A DNA stretch of 62,132 nucleotides, counting the filler. It is 8 parts of 8 records of this genome, joined end to end, with 100 filler letters (N's around TTAATTAATTAA, not from the genome) between each part and the next. Parts side by side here need not be neighbours in the genome. Positions count along the whole stretch, not along the records: positions 8,155 to 18,966 come from SRR7504441_5606; positions 19,067 to 28,969 come from SRR7504441_5618; 6 more parts are not named here. One strand, 5' to 3'. Positions 11,101 to 22,000 of this stretch are shown one piece after another (positions within the stretch are counted from its first letter, which is position 1; each line of letters begins with the position of its first letter). The notes below the pieces were generated by a model. That model saw only the letters and a program-made list of their open reading frames with translations. It made no database searches and was not told where the DNA came from. The translations under genes and the position numbers were made by a program.

Positions 11101-14100
11101 GAGTCAGTTCAAGCAGCAGCTGCAGAATGCCAAGGCTGAAGCAGCAAGTGCAAAGCAAGCTGCAAAGGCTGCCTCTGAGGGCAGGAACTCACGCGAGGCG
11201 TCGGTCTTCACCGGTAAAAGCCACGCAGCCCATGCACAAGTAGAAAGGTTGATGTTAGACCGCAAGACTAAACTTGCGCGGCTGTTCAAGGGCACTGATC
11301 AGGCAGTCAACATCTTGAGGAGCCAGCAGACAGAGGTTTCGAACCAGCTGGAGGATGCAGTTGCCAAGAATAAGGCTACAAACGCTCTGGCAGAGGTGTA
11401 TGGCGCAAGGGTCCACAAGCTGCAGCAGCAGCTGGACTCTATGGACCAGCAAGCCACCAAGCAACAGGCAGAGTTGAGCTCACAGTCAGACAAGACTGTC
11501 AGTGAGATCAGGACTAGGATCACTCAGCTGGAGGGCATGCTGGCAGAGGCCCAGAAGAGCCAAGCCCAGGTAGCTGAGGTTGCTGCAACCGCAGCTGCAG
11601 CTGCAGCTGAGACTGAAAAAGCAGGGGATGCTCTAGACAAGCAAGCAAATGTTATTGTCTCGAAAGGACTACAACGAGCTGAGCAGATGAAGAGCACTGC
11701 CTCGCAGGTTGTTATCGCAGAAGAGTCAAGGGCAGCCAGCATGCAGCAGCAGGCCACTAGTGCAGCTGCTAGGGCCACTGAGCTCAAGACCGCAGCCAGG
11801 GCCAAGCGTAAGGAGTCCAACCAGCTACACATCAAGGAGCTTTCTCTCCAGAATCAGGCCCAGAAGCTCAGCTCAGCTCAGGATGCTTCCAAGACCGGCC
11901 AGGCATTAACTGGCATTCAGTCACAGGAAGCTAGCACCAGGAAGGAAGCAGACAGGAAGGAGGTGCATGCGGCAAGGGATCAAGCTCGGGCGGACGCTCT
12001 AGCCACAGAGCAGCGGATGATCAAAGACTCAGCTGATGCAGCCAAGAGCAAGATAGAGTCAGAGGCAGTGTCAATGAGCAGCAAGGCTCGTGATGCAGCC
12101 CAAAGCGAGCGAGGTAAGGTAGCTGTGATGCAAGATCAAGTACGTGGATACAAGGTGAAGGCTGCAGTGGCCGCTGCCAAAGGAGACATCCTCCAGAGCA
12201 AGCAGCAGGAGTATGTGCAGGAGCTTAAACAGCTACAGCAGAAGCTGGCAAAGGTGCAGGCGCAGGAGCAGGCCCAGGCTCAGAAGCAGGCTGCTGTGAG
12301 CCAGAAGCAGTTACAGCAGGCCAGGCTTCACGCAGAGCAGCAAGGTGTAAAGGCCCAAGCAGACCTCAAGATTGCCAAAATGACAGCTTCAAATGCTGCC
12401 AGCCAGGACCTCAATGGGCAACAAGCCAAGGAAAGTGCTGAAGCAGACGCTGCCAAGTCAGAGTCGGTGCGGCAAAGAGCAGATACACAAGTGCTTGCTC
12501 TCAAGGCTAAGGCTGAGGCTGCAGATAAGGAAGCCAAGAGGCAGAAGTTGGAGCTGGAGCAAAGCATAAAAGACCAGGTCTCTAGGCAGCAGAGCCAGGT
12601 CGCACTGATGCAGAGCACAGTTGGCAGTGCAGATAAGATAGCCACCGCGGCCCGCGCAGATCATCAAAAGGCAAAGGAGCAAGTGAGTCGGTTGGAGCAG
12701 GAGTGGGAAAACCTGCAGGAAAAGCTCGACAGCGTGTACAGCCAAAGCAACGCAGCTGTGGCCGCAGTCCAAACAAATACCCAGGCAGTGCAGCAGGTTG
12801 AGCATAAGGCCGAGCTGGCTGAGGAGCAACTGGCCATTGATGAGGCCAGGGAGGATGAGGAGCTACGTGAGGAGAAGCGCCTGAAGCAGGCTGTTGCCCG
12901 TGACTCGAATCAAGATGTTCAGCGGATTAAGGCTGCAACACAAAACTTGAAAGATTCGTCCACTGAGCAGGAAGCAGAGCTAGTGGCCCTGCAAGGCCAG
13001 GTGAAGACAGAGCAAAATGCTGCCAACGCTTTGCAGGCAGAAGCAAAACAAGACATGAAGGAAGCTAAGGAACAGAAACAAATGGCCAACACCAAAACAG
13101 CAAAGCTTGATCAGGATGTGAAGAGAGCCGAAGAGGCGGCAAAGAACAGCTTGGCATCTGAGCAGTCGAAGGTGGATGCGCTGCAAAAGGAGCTGTTAGC
13201 TGCTAAGGTAAACGCACATAAAGCTGCAAGTAAAGCCACAGCAGCTGAACAGAAGGTGGCCACGGAACAAGCTCAGCTGGCAGCTCTGGACACCAATGAC
13301 GCAGCTGCAGCACAGAGTGAGAAGAAAATGCGGAACGCATTGCTCAACGCTGCACAAAAAGAAATGGCTGCAGATCAGAGCCAGGCCACACAGGCTGCTG
13401 AAGCAAAACTGATTGCCCAAAATAAGCTGGACGCTGCACAGGCCAAGCTATCTGACATTCAAACCAATACAGCTAGACAGATCGCAGAAGCCAAGGCCAA
13501 GGCTCGAGAGGCAAAGGCTGAGTTGGCATCGGGGTACAAGCAAGCGCAAATCTTGGCCAAATCAAAGGAGAAAGCTGCTGCAAGCAAACTCACCACCATT
13601 GGCAAGCAGGAGGGCCAAATTGCAGAGCTCCAGAATGAACTTGATACCACCAAGCAGCAGGCGCGTGCTGCTGAAAGCGACGCAGCACAAAGCTCAAAGA
13701 CTATAAGCGTCGATCAGTCATCGCTGAATGCTGCAGTGAAGGCAGAGACAAGGATCAAGATGGCCCTGGCAGCTGCCAAGGTGACAGCACAGGACATGGA
13801 GCAACAAGTGGCAAATGTGGAGAAGGCTGCCAGTCAAACTCAAGCCTTGAATGCAGAAAAAGCCAAGGCTGAGGCTGGGGCTCTTGAAGAGCAGCTGCAG
13901 GCTAAGACTAAAGCTCTCGATGCAGCCAGACAAAACATGCGTCTCACAGCGACACAGCAAGCCAAGGCTGAGGTAGCACTACAGCTTGCTAACCAGAAGC
14001 TTTCCCAGGAGCAGGCTTTGCAGGACTCTGAAGCAGGAAATGCGGTCATGAATAACGCCAGACTGGAGGCCAGTGAGCAAGAGAGGCAAATTGACGCAGG

Positions 14101-17100
14101 AGTGGCAACTGCGAGTAAGGGGGTTGCCTTTGTGAACCTAGCTGCAGCAGAGGAGAAGATTGCAAAGCTCCGTGCAGAGATCTCGGCCATGGAGCAAGGA
14201 CTTTCTGACAAGAATGCGGTGGCAAAGGAGGAATTGGCAAAGGCTCAGCTTCTCCAGCAGAAAGCAAAGCAATTGGACAAGCAGCATGAGAACCAGGAGG
14301 CCAAAGCAGCTCAACAAGGAGTAGAGCTGTTGTCAAAGGAGGAAAAACAGCTCAGCAAGGTCGAGAATAAGCTACTAGCAGCGCGCTCAGCCAAGGCGCG
14401 GCTGCAGATACAGGCTGGTGCCGAGGCTGACAGTGCGAACAAATACAAAGAGAAGGTGATGGAGCTCAAGGCTGAACAGAAAAGTGTAGAGACCCTTGCT
14501 AAGCACTGCCTTACTGGTGACTGTGATGATGAGTTCAATGATGAAATCAAGAGAGAGAAACAGGGTATTGTGGCTGCAAAGAAGAGCATACTAGTGACGC
14601 AGACTCGAATTGCTCAAGTCAAAGCCCACCTGAAGCAAATGGCAACGCAGTCAGCAAAGTTGAGTGTGACCGAGAGCGCAGATAAAACCAACTTGAAGAA
14701 GGAGCAAGACAGTATCAAGAGCGAGACAGGAGAGGAGAACAAGACAGCAGAATCACTCGAGAATGAGAAACAGAAGGCCCTTGAAGCTAACTTGAAGAGT
14801 GCAAACGCCAAAGACAAGGCCAAAGACCTGGAGGCCCGTATCGCAGAGACCAAGCTTGAGGGCAAGGAGAAGATAGCTGAAGCCCAAAGTCGCGAGAAGA
14901 TGCAGCAGCGTGAGGCCGAGGAGAAACTCAAGAGGGCCAGGGTGACTCTCAACCGAAAGGAGTCACGCGTCGCAGAAATGAAGGAAAAACTTCAGGCCAT
15001 AGATGACAGGATCAGTACTCAACAAGAGCAGCTCGGCGAGATGCAAGCACGCGAGGATGCTCGGGAAAAGCTTGCCGCTGCAAAACAGGCAGAAAATAAA
15101 GTGGAGGCTGTGAAAAAAGCCAAGCAACAAGAAATGGATGCACAAGAAGCAACGCACAGAGCAGAACGGGTTGCACAGGCCAAACTGCAAGCGCAGGAGG
15201 CTATGGCCATCCAAAAAATCCAGGCTGAGGAGGATGAAGCGAATGCGGCGGTTTCCCAGGCAAAAGAGCAGGAGGAGTCTGTTCAGCAACATGCACGGCA
15301 AAGCAAGGCCAAGGCGCTTGAGGCTGCCTCGCAGAACAAGCTCAAGGCTCAGCAGGATATTGCGAACAAATCAATGAAGGAGCAAAAGGTCCTGCAGATG
15401 CAGGCCAATTCCTTAAAGCAAAAGTACGAGAACGAGGCAAACCGGGCAAAGGCATATGCAAAGGATGCACGCGAGTCTGCCCAAGTGGCAGTGGACGCTG
15501 CAAAGCAGGCAGTTGCAACACAACGCGCTAAAAAGCAGGACATCGAGAGTGCTGCCCAAGCCGAGACTGATGCAACCAAGGCTGCATTGGAGAAATTGAT
15601 GGCTGCGGAGAAGGACGAATGCGAAAAGAAGCTGCAAGAAGAGTTTAAAGCTAACCAGGCCGACGAAGCAAAGAAGCTGGCTGAGATTGACATGAAGAAG
15701 CAAGCTGCACTGAAGAAGGCTGGGGTCGAAGGCAACCTTGCGCTAGCCACAGTGAGACAGCAGACTGCAGAGCAAGCAGTCCAGCGGGCAAATGACCAAG
15801 CCAAGCAGATTGACACTGAGACATCACAGAAAATGAAGGAAGCGCAGGCTGATGCTGACCGGCAGAAGGCTGAGGTGAAGCAAGAGGCTGAAGAACGATT
15901 GGATGGCCAGCTTGCCGAGATTGATGCGCATGGCAAGACTGAAGTTGAGCTTATTGAGAAGCAAGGAGACGCACAGAAGCAAGAAGCACGGGCCAAGCTG
16001 ATGGGTGCAGAGGAGCATGCAGGCCGCATCAAACAAGCTGCGGAGACACAGATTTCGAAGCTGAAAATCCAGGATAAATTGGGTGAGAAGCAACGTAAAG
16101 ATCGCGAAGAGCAAGAGAAGGTCAAGCTTGGGGAAATCACCAATGAAGAGACTTCACAGAAGGCCAGGGCGCAGCAGCTCCGGAAAGAGGCAAGCACGGA
16201 GAAAGAGCGTCTGAAGCAAAACGAGCACAAGCCCATGAGTTCACATGAAAAGTTGGCCGTAGCGAAAACAGAAACATTTCAAGCTCGTGAAAAAACAGAG
16301 CAACTTTCAGATAAGTTAAGAGCCATTGAAGCAAAGTTTGAGGCGCTGACACGCTCTTCTGACCTGACACAGGTGTCAGACAAGACAAGGTTGGAAGAAG
16401 TACAAAGACGGCTGGATTCAGGTTTGGCAGAGGAGAGCAATAGCGAACTTCAGGCAGACAAGGTGCAGAATCGGATTGAGGAGCTCAGCAAACAATTGGC
16501 TTCTACCAAGGTCAAGGTGAAGCTCAACAAGTCCAAAATCATCGACTCAAGAGAGCGGATGAAGGCTTTGAGTAAGAACAACCAGAATGCGAAAGACGGT
16601 CTAAGTCAGGCTGAGGCCAAGGCACGCAGCAGTCAGGCTAAGCTTGAGGCTGCACGGAGAAAGCTCAGTGCGGCCGAGGTCGGTGAGAACGCGGATTTGA
16701 ACTCGTCTCAGAAGGAGATGGAGGAGAACCAGATGCGTATCAACCAACAAGTTGACGAGCTGCAGCGTCATGTAACAGCTACCCAGGTGCGTTGCTTGCA
16801 CTAGCCCTTGCATCTCTGATATTTACTTTGTTGCAGCGTGCCATAAGCGAGACTAGGAGCAAGCTTGCTGAAGATAAGACAGCAATCAGTGATAGACGTG
16901 AAGAAAAAAAGAAGCTTACCACAAATCTGGGCTTCGAGAAATCCAAGGTGATTGAACTGTCAGCCAGGGTGACACATGCCAAAAAGGCCATGCTCGCAAC
17001 ACAGTTGACCCAGAAGCAAGAAAAGGCGCGGGCTGACACAAGCCGGATTCAGGCACAGAAGCAGAACAGACGAGCCGAGATGCTGCATGACAAGCTGACA

Positions 17101-18966
17101 GCTGCAAAATCGAAGCTTGTGGATTCGAAAGAGTCATTGAGTGAGGTTCGCGACGAGGCAGATGCTGCACAAGAAGCAGTGGAGGCTGACGTCCAGTCCT
17201 CTATTGAGGAACTTCAAGACCAGTTGATTGACAAGGAGCAAGACTTAAATGAGGCTAAGTCAGCTGTGGACGATGCCAAAGCACAGGTCAAGAAGTTGCA
17301 GAAATCGCTGGCTCAGGAGGGAAGGAAGTCAAGAGCTAAGATGGAGCAGCACGAAGAGAAGATTGATGCTAACATCAAGAAATATGAGGCTATGCGAGGC
17401 CGCAAGGAGCAGAAGGTCGAGGAATTCCAGTCAAAGCTAGAAGAGACAAACACCAAATTGAGTGCCGCACATGACCAAATGAACAAGCTGCAAAAGGCAA
17501 TCGACAACAAAGTACTACAGGCCAACAATGCGGAAGTGAGCAAGGCTCAGAAAATTGCTGAGCTCAAGGTGCAGGCTTCGACACTCGAAGCAGAGCGGGC
17601 CAAGCAAATGGAGAGTGAATCGCTCTTAAAAATGCAGCTGGCAGCTGGGAAGGACAAGGTCGAGTTGCTGCAAGAAGAACGCACCGAAAAAAGCTCAGAG
17701 ATGGAGCAAGCAGCTGCTAGGAGTTTAGTGAATGAAAAGCAAAGGGTTGAGATTGAGGAGCAGGAGCTCCATGAGGTGGCTAAAGCCATGTCACAGGCCA
17801 AAGCAGATTTGCAAGAAGCACAAGAAGCTGCAGAGGGCTGCATAAGCAAATCCAAATCTGGTTTGAGGCGTCTGCTTTCTGTAGTCTTCAACCTTGGGGA
17901 GGCAAGCAGCTCTCAAATGTTCAACATGGTGGATGATTGCAGCCACGAACAACAGCGGCTTGCAGACTCCAAGCGAGCAAACGAGAATGCCCACGAGCAA
18001 TATGAGCTAAAGAATGATGAGATCAAAGCCAGACGCAAAGCTTCAAAGGAGCAAGTAGTGGCTGCAAAACAGGCCAAGCAGGCGGCACTTCCAGCAGTAG
18101 ATGCACATTTGAAAAGAGTACAGGATGTGCAGCATGCGATTGAGAGCAAGCTTACCGCAGAGGAAGAAGTCCGGCAGAAGGCTTCGGATAAGGTGCCTTT
18201 ATGCTAGGCATAGTGCTGATTGGGCATGTGGCAGTCCAAGGCAGTTAAAGGCAAACTGCAAGAGATTATGCAGGAACAGTCCAACATCGAACAGGGGAGC
18301 AGGTCAAGTATCAACATGCTCAAGCGAAAAGTTTCAGAGTTGCGCCAGCAAGCTAGTGAGCTGGAACAGCAGAAGCAGAGTGTAGCTAAACGAATGGCCG
18401 AGTATTCACTGGCAGCCAAGCATGCTGAGAGTCGAGTGGACCAGTACCAGACCGATGAGAAAAACCAGGCCAGATATCTTGAAGACTGCCGCACAGAGGA
18501 AGAGAAGATGCTAAAAGAAGAATTGAGGACGGCGAAGAAAGATGAAACTGCGGCAGTAAAGCAATTGCTGAAAACACGTCATGCACTTCATGCTCACAAA
18601 GCAAGGCTGCAACAAGCAAAGATGGCAGGGCAGAGGCATTCCAGCAAAGTGCACATGCAGGCAGAGCACAAGAATCAGAAGCTGGAGCTCAAGATCAAGC
18701 AGGAGGTATGATTGCCTGGGTCTGGAAGGCGAGAATCTGACTGTACCATTGTGTAGGTGGCTCAAACGAAGACCCTACAAGAGCAATATTCTGATGCTGC
18801 ATCGAAGGCAAAAGAAGCAGGTGAATTCGCACGAGAGGCGGAGACCAACGCCATGAAGGCCAAGGCAAATGCTGATGCAGAGGCAGATAACAGACGAATG
18901 AAACTCGAAATCGAAGAGGAATCTCTTGAAAGTGCAAAGCAACGGAAGTCTGACATACATCACCAG
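8156..18966 (+). CDS. Giant Ala/Gln/Lys/Glu-rich coiled-coil protein (>3,500 aa), open at both contig ends, possibly secreted
   Basis: Five ORF-track pieces are joined by GT-AG introns 8636-8674, 16787-16836, 18193-18234 and 18706-18756, plus a probable in-frame intron at 8390-8434. Heptad-type composition throughout. The start LALLSSDGSDA-LP looks like the end of a signal peptide. Confidence 0.85.
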
Positions 18967-19066
18967 NNNNNNNNNNNNNNNNNNNNNNNNNNNNNNNNNN
19001 NNNNNNNNNNTTAATTAATTAANNNNNNNNNNNNNNNNNNNNNNNNNNNNNNNNNNNNNNNNNNNN
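18967..19066. other. Synthetic contig linker
   Basis: Same 100-nt spacer. Confidence 0.98.
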
Positions 19067-22000
19067 GACCGCTGGCGCGACCGGATGTGTGCGCTCGTCT
19101 GGAGCACCAAGTCGCAGGACGCCAGCGAGCTCCAGCGGCACGTCAGCGAGATCCTGGACTGGATGGCCCAGGCTGAGCGGGGCGAGGCCGCGGCGATCGG
19201 CTCAGTGCACGAGCTCGAGGCCGAGCGGGAGAGTCTTCTCGGGTCGGCGATTGTGATGGCCCGCGATGAGCACAGCGCGCACAGCACCGAGACGGCCGCG
19301 CTCGAGCTGCAGCACGACGCCATAGTCAAGCTCGAGGCAGAGCTCGAGCAAGCCAGGGAGGAAGTGGGCCGGATTTGGCCGGAGCTGGTCGCCTCGCGCG
19401 AGCGGCTGGCCAGTGCCGAGGCCGGGCGCCAGGCGGCGGAAGCCGAGGCAGCGGAGTCAAGGGGTGAGCTGGGCCTGAGGGAGGCAGCGCTGGACGGGCT
19501 GAGGAAGGATCTAGACAGGCTGCGCAGCTCGGGCGGGGCGGGTCACGGCGCGCTCTCGGATGTGCTGCTGGCTGCTGAGACTGAGAACTGCCGGCTGCTG
19601 GAGCGGCAGCTGGAGTCTGCTGAGCTTGAGCTTGATAAGTGCAGGGAGGAATCCTCGGAGCAGATCGAGCTGTTACAGCTCGAGCTGAACCAGATGGCTG
19701 CCACCGCGAACACCGACAGGAGCGAGGCACGCACACAGCGTCAGTCGGACGCGGTGAGCAGGTTGCTTAAAGAGATGGTTCACGAAGGGAGAGCCAGGGC
19801 CAAGGCGGGGCTAGCTGAGTGGAGGCTTAAGGCCGAGCTCTCCGGCCCTCGGGCCCGCCCGCGCGACAGGCTCGGGGGGCTCACCGAGGAGCACCATACA
19901 CTGCTCTCCGCGGTGGCATCACACGGCGCTCGTGCGGTCGAACGGTTATCTCAAGAGACAGCCAATGCACTCGCCCAAGTCAACACGCTCGAGGGCGCTG
20001 AGGCAAGCGAGCGGCTGCAAGCGGTGGAGGAGCGGTTCGCTGGGCTGGCTGGGTGCTGCGGCCAGTTGGAGCTTTGGTCCGGGCGAGTTCCGGATTGGGC
20101 TGAGCAGGGTCCCGCAGAGAGGCTGGAGCTTGTGGAAGAGGGGCTGGCTGGACTGGAAGGGCTTACTGACCAGCTCTGGAGGTGGGCCTGGCCAACGTAT
20201 GACGGCAGGTTGGCTCATATGGCCCAGAAGCGGGCGGCTGAGAAGGCGGAATTGGAGCTGAGTGCCAGCCTGCAGGAGTTGGAACTAAAGCAGCAGATGA
20301 ACGCCAGGGAGCAGGACGCAGCCAGTGCGACCGAGCTGCAGGAGCATCTGCAGGCAGTCACGGTCCAGCTCAGCGCGCGCGGGGCGGCCGGGCTGCTGGC
20401 TGGGTGGGAGAACACGCAGCGGCAGCTCGAGATCTGCCTGAGCATCTGGCGACAGAATCTGTACATGGATATCCTGACTGTGCCTGAGTGTCCGCACTGT
20501 GTGAGGGCAGAGCGCCGGGCAGACATGTTTCGAGTCAAGTGGCTGCGGGATAGGGAGCGACTGGATGAGCTTTCGGTTCGCCCCCCGGCAGTTGAGGACG
20601 GATGTACGTGCGCCAGCTGCGGTGAGGTGCCCGGGCGGGCAGACACGCTCGCACTGTTGCTGGCAGAGGGCGACCGTGTGGAGCTGGAGCTAAGGGATGA
20701 GCTCGATGCCGCCAAGGACGAGTACGCCCGGCAGGAGGAGGAGCGAGCACAGCTGATGGCCGGCTGCCAGCGCGCCCTGGAGGAGCTGGACAGCGACGAG
20801 TTCGTCCAGTCGCTGCAGTTCCAACTCGAGAAGAGCCGTGAGGCGCTCGACCGATCGGTGCTGGCAGCCGAGAGCTGCAAGCAGGCCGCCGATCGGATGC
20901 GCGACCTGAGGGACGCGGCCGAAATGCGCGAGCATCTGAGCTGGAAGGACCAAGTTTGGCTGAGAGCGCAGCTTGATGCAGCGCGGCAGGCAGAAGTTGG
21001 GCCGGTAGGGGGATCCGATGACTCTCAGATGTGGATGGCGGAGGAACTGGCCAGACTGAGGGAAGAGGCTGATAAGCTTAGCCATAAGGTCGAGGAGTTG
21101 CGACTAGACCGCAGCAGGCTGGAAGAGCGGGCGCTGGTGGTTGCGACGCTGCACAGATCTGAGATCGAGGCGCTGGAGGCTAAACTGGAGGCTCTGGGGC
21201 CCGGACCTGAAGATCTCGAGGCAAGTCACGATGCGATGAGCGCCAAGTGCGCCGGTCTGGAGGTGAAGGAAGTGCAGCTGAGGGGTTGGCTGAGTGCTGC
21301 TGAGGACCGGCTGGCCAGAGCGATGCTCGAGTCGGAGTATCATCATGAGGAGAGTCAGGCCCAGCGGGAGCAAGCTGATGGCCTGCGCAGTGCTGTTGAG
21401 TTGGAAGGAGACAAGCAAGTGGCCGAGCTGAGCAAGGAGCTGCGGAGGGTGTCAGATAGTGCAGGGGAGATGAGAAGGAGGCTGACGGAGGCGACTGCGC
21501 GTGTGGAGTTTATGGCAGGTCTGAAGGATGAGGCCGAGGCTCGGTCTGAGCAGATGGCTCGTGAGTTGGACGATCAACGAAGCCATGTGGACGAGCTTAA
21601 GCAGCACATCAAGCAGGCGCAGGAGGCTCTCACCGAGGACCAAAAGAACAAGCATCTGGTGGCAGAGCTGCAAGAAAAGGACCTCAATCTGGATAAGCTG
21701 AGGCGGGAGCGACTAGAGCTGAGGCAGAGCAAGGTTAAAAAGGCGATGCTGCTTGAGGAGGCCGAGAGCAAGCTGGAGGCACTAACGCGAGAGAAGATTG
21801 CGCAGAACGAAGACGTTGCAGCGCTGGAGCAGAAGGTGGAGCGGCTGCAGAGCGTGGTAATGAGCATGGACAACCCGGAATCGACTACCAAGATTCTGAA
21901 CGAGCAAGTGGAGGACCAGAGCGCTGAACTTGCCGAAATGACCAAGAAGCTGCGCAAGGCGAAGGAGCAGAAGAAGACGGCGTATGATGTGCGCGATAAG

